Source: Thraustochytrium aureum (Eukaryota). From it: a DNA stretch of 64,000 nt. The notes below the pieces were generated by a model. That model ran no database searches. It was not told the DNA's origin and was given only the letters and a program-made list of their open reading frames with translations. Numbering within the stretch: position 1 is the stretch's first letter; every line of letters begins with the position of its first letter. Positions 60,969 to 64,000 of this stretch are shown here, piece by piece. The stretch is taken from contig BLSG01000058.1 of NCBI GenBank assembly GCA_012862495.1, positions 144,066 to 208,065 of the forward strand, written 5' to 3'. A program made the position numbers and the translations under genes.

Positions 60969-61548
60969 GCAACTGCAGCAACATCAGCAACTGCAGCTTC
61001 AGCATCACTTGCAGCAGCAGCTGCAGCTGCAGCTGCAGCAGCAACTGCAGCAACAACAGCAAAAGGCTCTTCTCGAGCAGCGCCTGCTTCAAAACCGACA
61101 ATACCAAGTGCCTGGCCATCTTCAAGCCCCCGCGATGGTCGGGCAACCCTTGCCGCGCGGTCTAAGCGGCCAGATGAGGCCCGACGAACGGAACGCGTGG
61201 TACAGCAACATGCTTGGGGCGAGTCCAGCGTTGGGACCATCTCTGGTTTCCGTAAAGGGCCTGGCGGACGCAGCAAGCATGCCCATCACCGATGCGGCAG
61301 TGTCGAGTCTCCTGCCACAGCAGCCACAGTCGGCCGGCATGATGCGCCTTTCGATGGGTGCGTCAACACAGCCGCTCAACAGAGTTGCGCAAAAGCGAAG
61401 CCTCGATGCTTTCAACGCCCACTTCGGCAAGCCAGAGGTGTTCTTGCGGTCATCTGTGGACCCCGCCGGCTCGTTTGCGGCATCGCTTGCTCGTGCGAAT
61501 CAGGAACAATTGTCGCCTGAACGCCAATCCAAGCGACGCGCCGCTTGA
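59976..61548 (+). CDS. Putative transcription factor: Myb/SANT-like domain, Cys/His cluster, polyQ; two exons (59976-60872, 60934-61548)
   Basis: 'KGRFSKAEKKLLFGLI..SWMHEIAKRYN..KRSLEAIRHH'; 'HAQTCQQRETCTKC..C..C..CSEC'; polyQ exon joined in frame by a GT-AG intron. Alternative start at 60063. Confidence 0.65.
60873..60933 (+). other. 61-nt spliceosomal intron (phase 0)
   Basis: CAG|GTGAAC...ctcttctttgtgtacacgttgCAG|ATG; removal joins HGHQ to MQQQQ in frame. Confidence 0.75.
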
Positions 61549-61800
61549 CTAGTGTCCGCCAGCTCCATGGAGCGCGGACGTGTCCTCGCTTACAGGCACA
61601 CAAACTCCCAACTTAGGCTAATAACGGCGCGTTGCGCCATCAAACTCTGACTCTGGAAACGCACAAAACAATTTTACGACAACGAAAACAACGAAAGCAG
61701 AGTCCCCAAGCACACCATCGCTGCGCGCTGCGCGCTGCACTGCGCTGTTTTGCGCTGGGCCGAGCTGTGGAACCACAGCAGCCGAGCGGCACGCGCTCGG

Positions 61801-62497
61801 TCACGACGAACTCAAGTCGCAGAATCCGCCGCTCGATGGCGTGCGTTCCAGTAAAAGTCTCTGACAGCGTGCTTCCGCGTCCGGAGTCAAACTTGTTGGA
61901 CAGGTCTCCGCAAGCATCCTCTCTCTGCAGTCCTGCACGAGCCCAGAGAGGACCATGGCGCGAAGGGCTGTTTCCTGTCTGGCGATGAGCGACTCTGCAG
62001 CCTCAAACTCGCGCTTGAGCCTTCTCTTAAGTCGGCCGACTATACGCTCCTCTGCCCTGCCCGGGTTTTGCGCCGCTGCCAGCGCGTCACGCTCGAGTTT
62101 GCGCGCTTGCCGTTGAGCGAACTCCCTCGCGCTAGACGCAGTCGCTGACCGAACGCGCGCAGCCCGCTCCCTTGCCTTGTCGCGGTCTCGCTCGAGCGCC
62201 GTCCGCGCCGCCAAAGCGCCGCGCTTGCCCGAGCCTCCGCCTTCGGTCCTCAGGGCCACGCTCTCGCCATCGAAGGACGAATTGCTTGACACTGACTTGA
62301 TCCGTCTGCTGTGCAACTCGCTGCCCTTGTAATACCGTCCATCCTTTACGCTGTAGAAATCGCCTCCCTCTGCGCCTCTTGCTAGCACGAGCGTGTGTGG
62401 CCTTGCCGATGCCGGAGCTTCGCCTGGTGAGGCCGCGCCAGCGGCACCGTTTGGTCTGAAATCCGTGCTCCGTCGAGGGTGGGCCCTGCTCTTGTCG
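61801..62497 (-). CDS. Hypothetical coiled-coil protein, 5' part lost in gap
   Basis: Frame open from the gap edge to the stop at 61801; charged helical content 'LERDRDKARERAAR..LKRRLKREFEAAE'. Confidence 0.55.
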
Positions 62498-63102
62498 NNN
62501 NNNNNNNNNNNNNNNNNNNNNNNNNNNNNNNNNNNNNNNNNNNNNNNNNNNNNNNNNNNNNNNNNNNNNNNNNNNNNNNNNNNNNNNNNNNNNNNNNNNN
62601 NNNNNNNNNNNNNNNNNNNNNNNNNNNNNNNNNNNNNNNNNNNNNNNNNNNNNNNNNNNNNNNNNNNNNNNNNNNNNNNNNNNNNNNNNNNNNNNNNNNN
62701 NNNNNNNNNNNNNNNNNNNNNNNNNNNNNNNNNNNNNNNNNNNNNNNNNNNNNNNNNNNNNNNNNNNNNNNNNNNNNNNNNNNNNNNNNNNNNNNNNNNN
62801 NNNNNNNNNNNNNNNNNNNNNNNNNNNNNNNNNNNNNNNNNNNNNNNNNNNNNNNNNNNNNNNNNNNNNNNNNNNNNNNNNNNNNNNNNNNNNNNNNNNN
62901 NNNNNNNNNNNNNNNNNNNNNNNNNNNNNNNNNNNNNNNNNNNNNNNNNNNNNNNNNNNNNNNNNNNNNNNNNNNNNNNNNNNNNNNNNNNNNNNNNNNN
63001 NNNNNNNNNNNNNNNNNNNNNNNNNNNNNNNNNNNNNNNNNNNNNNNNNNNNNNNNNNNNNNNNNNNNNNNTGGTGGATGAAACTTCAGAGTTTGGTTTG
63101 GG

Positions 63103-64000
63103 CTATTCGAGGTCGTCGAAATCCTCCTCGTTCTCGACGAGGACGGGCGCGGCAACGGCTGCACGGGGTTGCTCCGCCTTGGACTCCAACAAAAACTCTG
63201 CTGCAACAGACGGCGAGACATCGCTGGTGACGGACTCGGTGCTATCGATGAGGGTCAACGAACCCTCGACAAGTCTTGCCCAAAACGGCCTTGGCGCCGA
63301 CACCTTCAGAGTGCGAAGATACGCATTGAAAGCCTCTGCTGTGTCATGTCGAAGCGAACCCGCTCGTAGAGCCTGCAGGCAATCGAAGGCCTTTTGGGAT
63401 AGCGCGCCACCTGCGGCGTCGCTTGCGAGGAGGAGATCGATTTGGGACACCATGCCCTGAAACGCGGCATCCGTCATGTCCTTGTCTGTTCGCGCGCTCA
63501 TCGCTTCATAGTCGCTGACTGGGTTCACAGAGCCAACGGCGTCGATGAGGTGGCCCGAACCAAACCACGCAGCGCCTGCCTTGGAGTCGCCGACACTCGG
63601 CTTGGCGCCAACCAGCCCGACTGCCAAAGGCTCGTCCCGCGCACGCTTGGCTTGCGGCTCGCTGCCGTTTGCACCGAGCTCGGGGTCGCTTCCTGCGCCC
63701 GGAGCTGTGCTGCGCCCCCACAGATCGCCGCTGCCTGCCTTGCGCTTGTCGCCGGCCGAGGCAACTTTCGTGACGCAAAAGCTTGCGCTGAGCGCCGCGC
63801 TTGCGGGTCGCGCGCGCTCCAAGACAGCAGGGTCGGGCTTGTAGAGGCGCTCAATCTCCGGCGTGTCGTCCGGCATGGGGCAGTTTGGGTCACGCGCCCG
63901 CGCCTCGAGCAGGCGATACAAGCGCTCCAGGTGTGGGTTGAGCGTTTCTTCGCAGATAAACTGCTCGCGCTGCTCTCGCGGCACGAGCGAGGGTCCGCCT
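63103..64000 (-). CDS. XRCC5: Ku80, C-terminal part (gene continues beyond window)
   Basis: 'LNPHLERLYRLLEARARDP' (Ku C-terminal arm); 'VGSVNPVSDY..KAFDCLQALR..FNAYLRTLK..FWARL..LTLIDSTES..SDVS..AAEFL' (Ku80 CTD); acidic end 'EEDFDDLE'. Confidence 0.9.
   Translation of the reverse strand, partial: GGPSLVPREQREQFICEETLNPHLERLYRLLEARARDPNCPMPDDTPEIERLYKPDPAVLERARPASAALSASFCVTKVASAGDKRKAGSGDLWGRSTAPGAGSDPELGANGSEPQAKRARDEPLAVGLVGAKPSVGDSKAGAAWFGSGHLIDAVGSVNPVSDYEAMSARTDKDMTDAAFQGMVSQIDLLLASDAAGGALSQKAFDCLQALRAGSLRHDTAEAFNAYLRTLKVSAPRPFWARLVEGSLTLIDSTESVTSDVSPSVAAEFLLESKAEQPRAAVAAPVLVENEEDFDDLE

Overview
Gene-dense, GC-rich, nearly intron-free eukaryotic DNA. Domain content (PRP38, Ku80, FATP, RCC1, LsmAD, WW/B-box, stramenopile-type repeats) suggests a protist, plausibly a stramenopile such as a labyrinthulomycete; this taxonomy is inference. 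It is a draft assembly with many N gaps, single-base frameshifts mostly at homopolymers and one pyrosequencing-like junk tract, so most split ORFs are single genes. About 16 protein-coding loci are visible; I found no tRNA, rRNA, CRISPR or intact transposon. The dominant feature is a ~27.8 kb minus-strand gene (49704 to at least 21946, roughly 9,000 codons). It encodes a divergent midasin/Rea1-like six-AAA+ protein with alternately degenerate ATPase sites, a DPF/NPF motif cluster in AAA4, an Ig-like array in the linker and four different vWA domains. Other notable loci: a deaminase-Nudix fusion with both active sites degenerate, a secreted protein with four nested domains, a TPR-ankyrin-LsmAD fusion, and a frameshift-hidden HIND motif on PRP38. 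Family assignments come from motif recognition by eye, not database searches.
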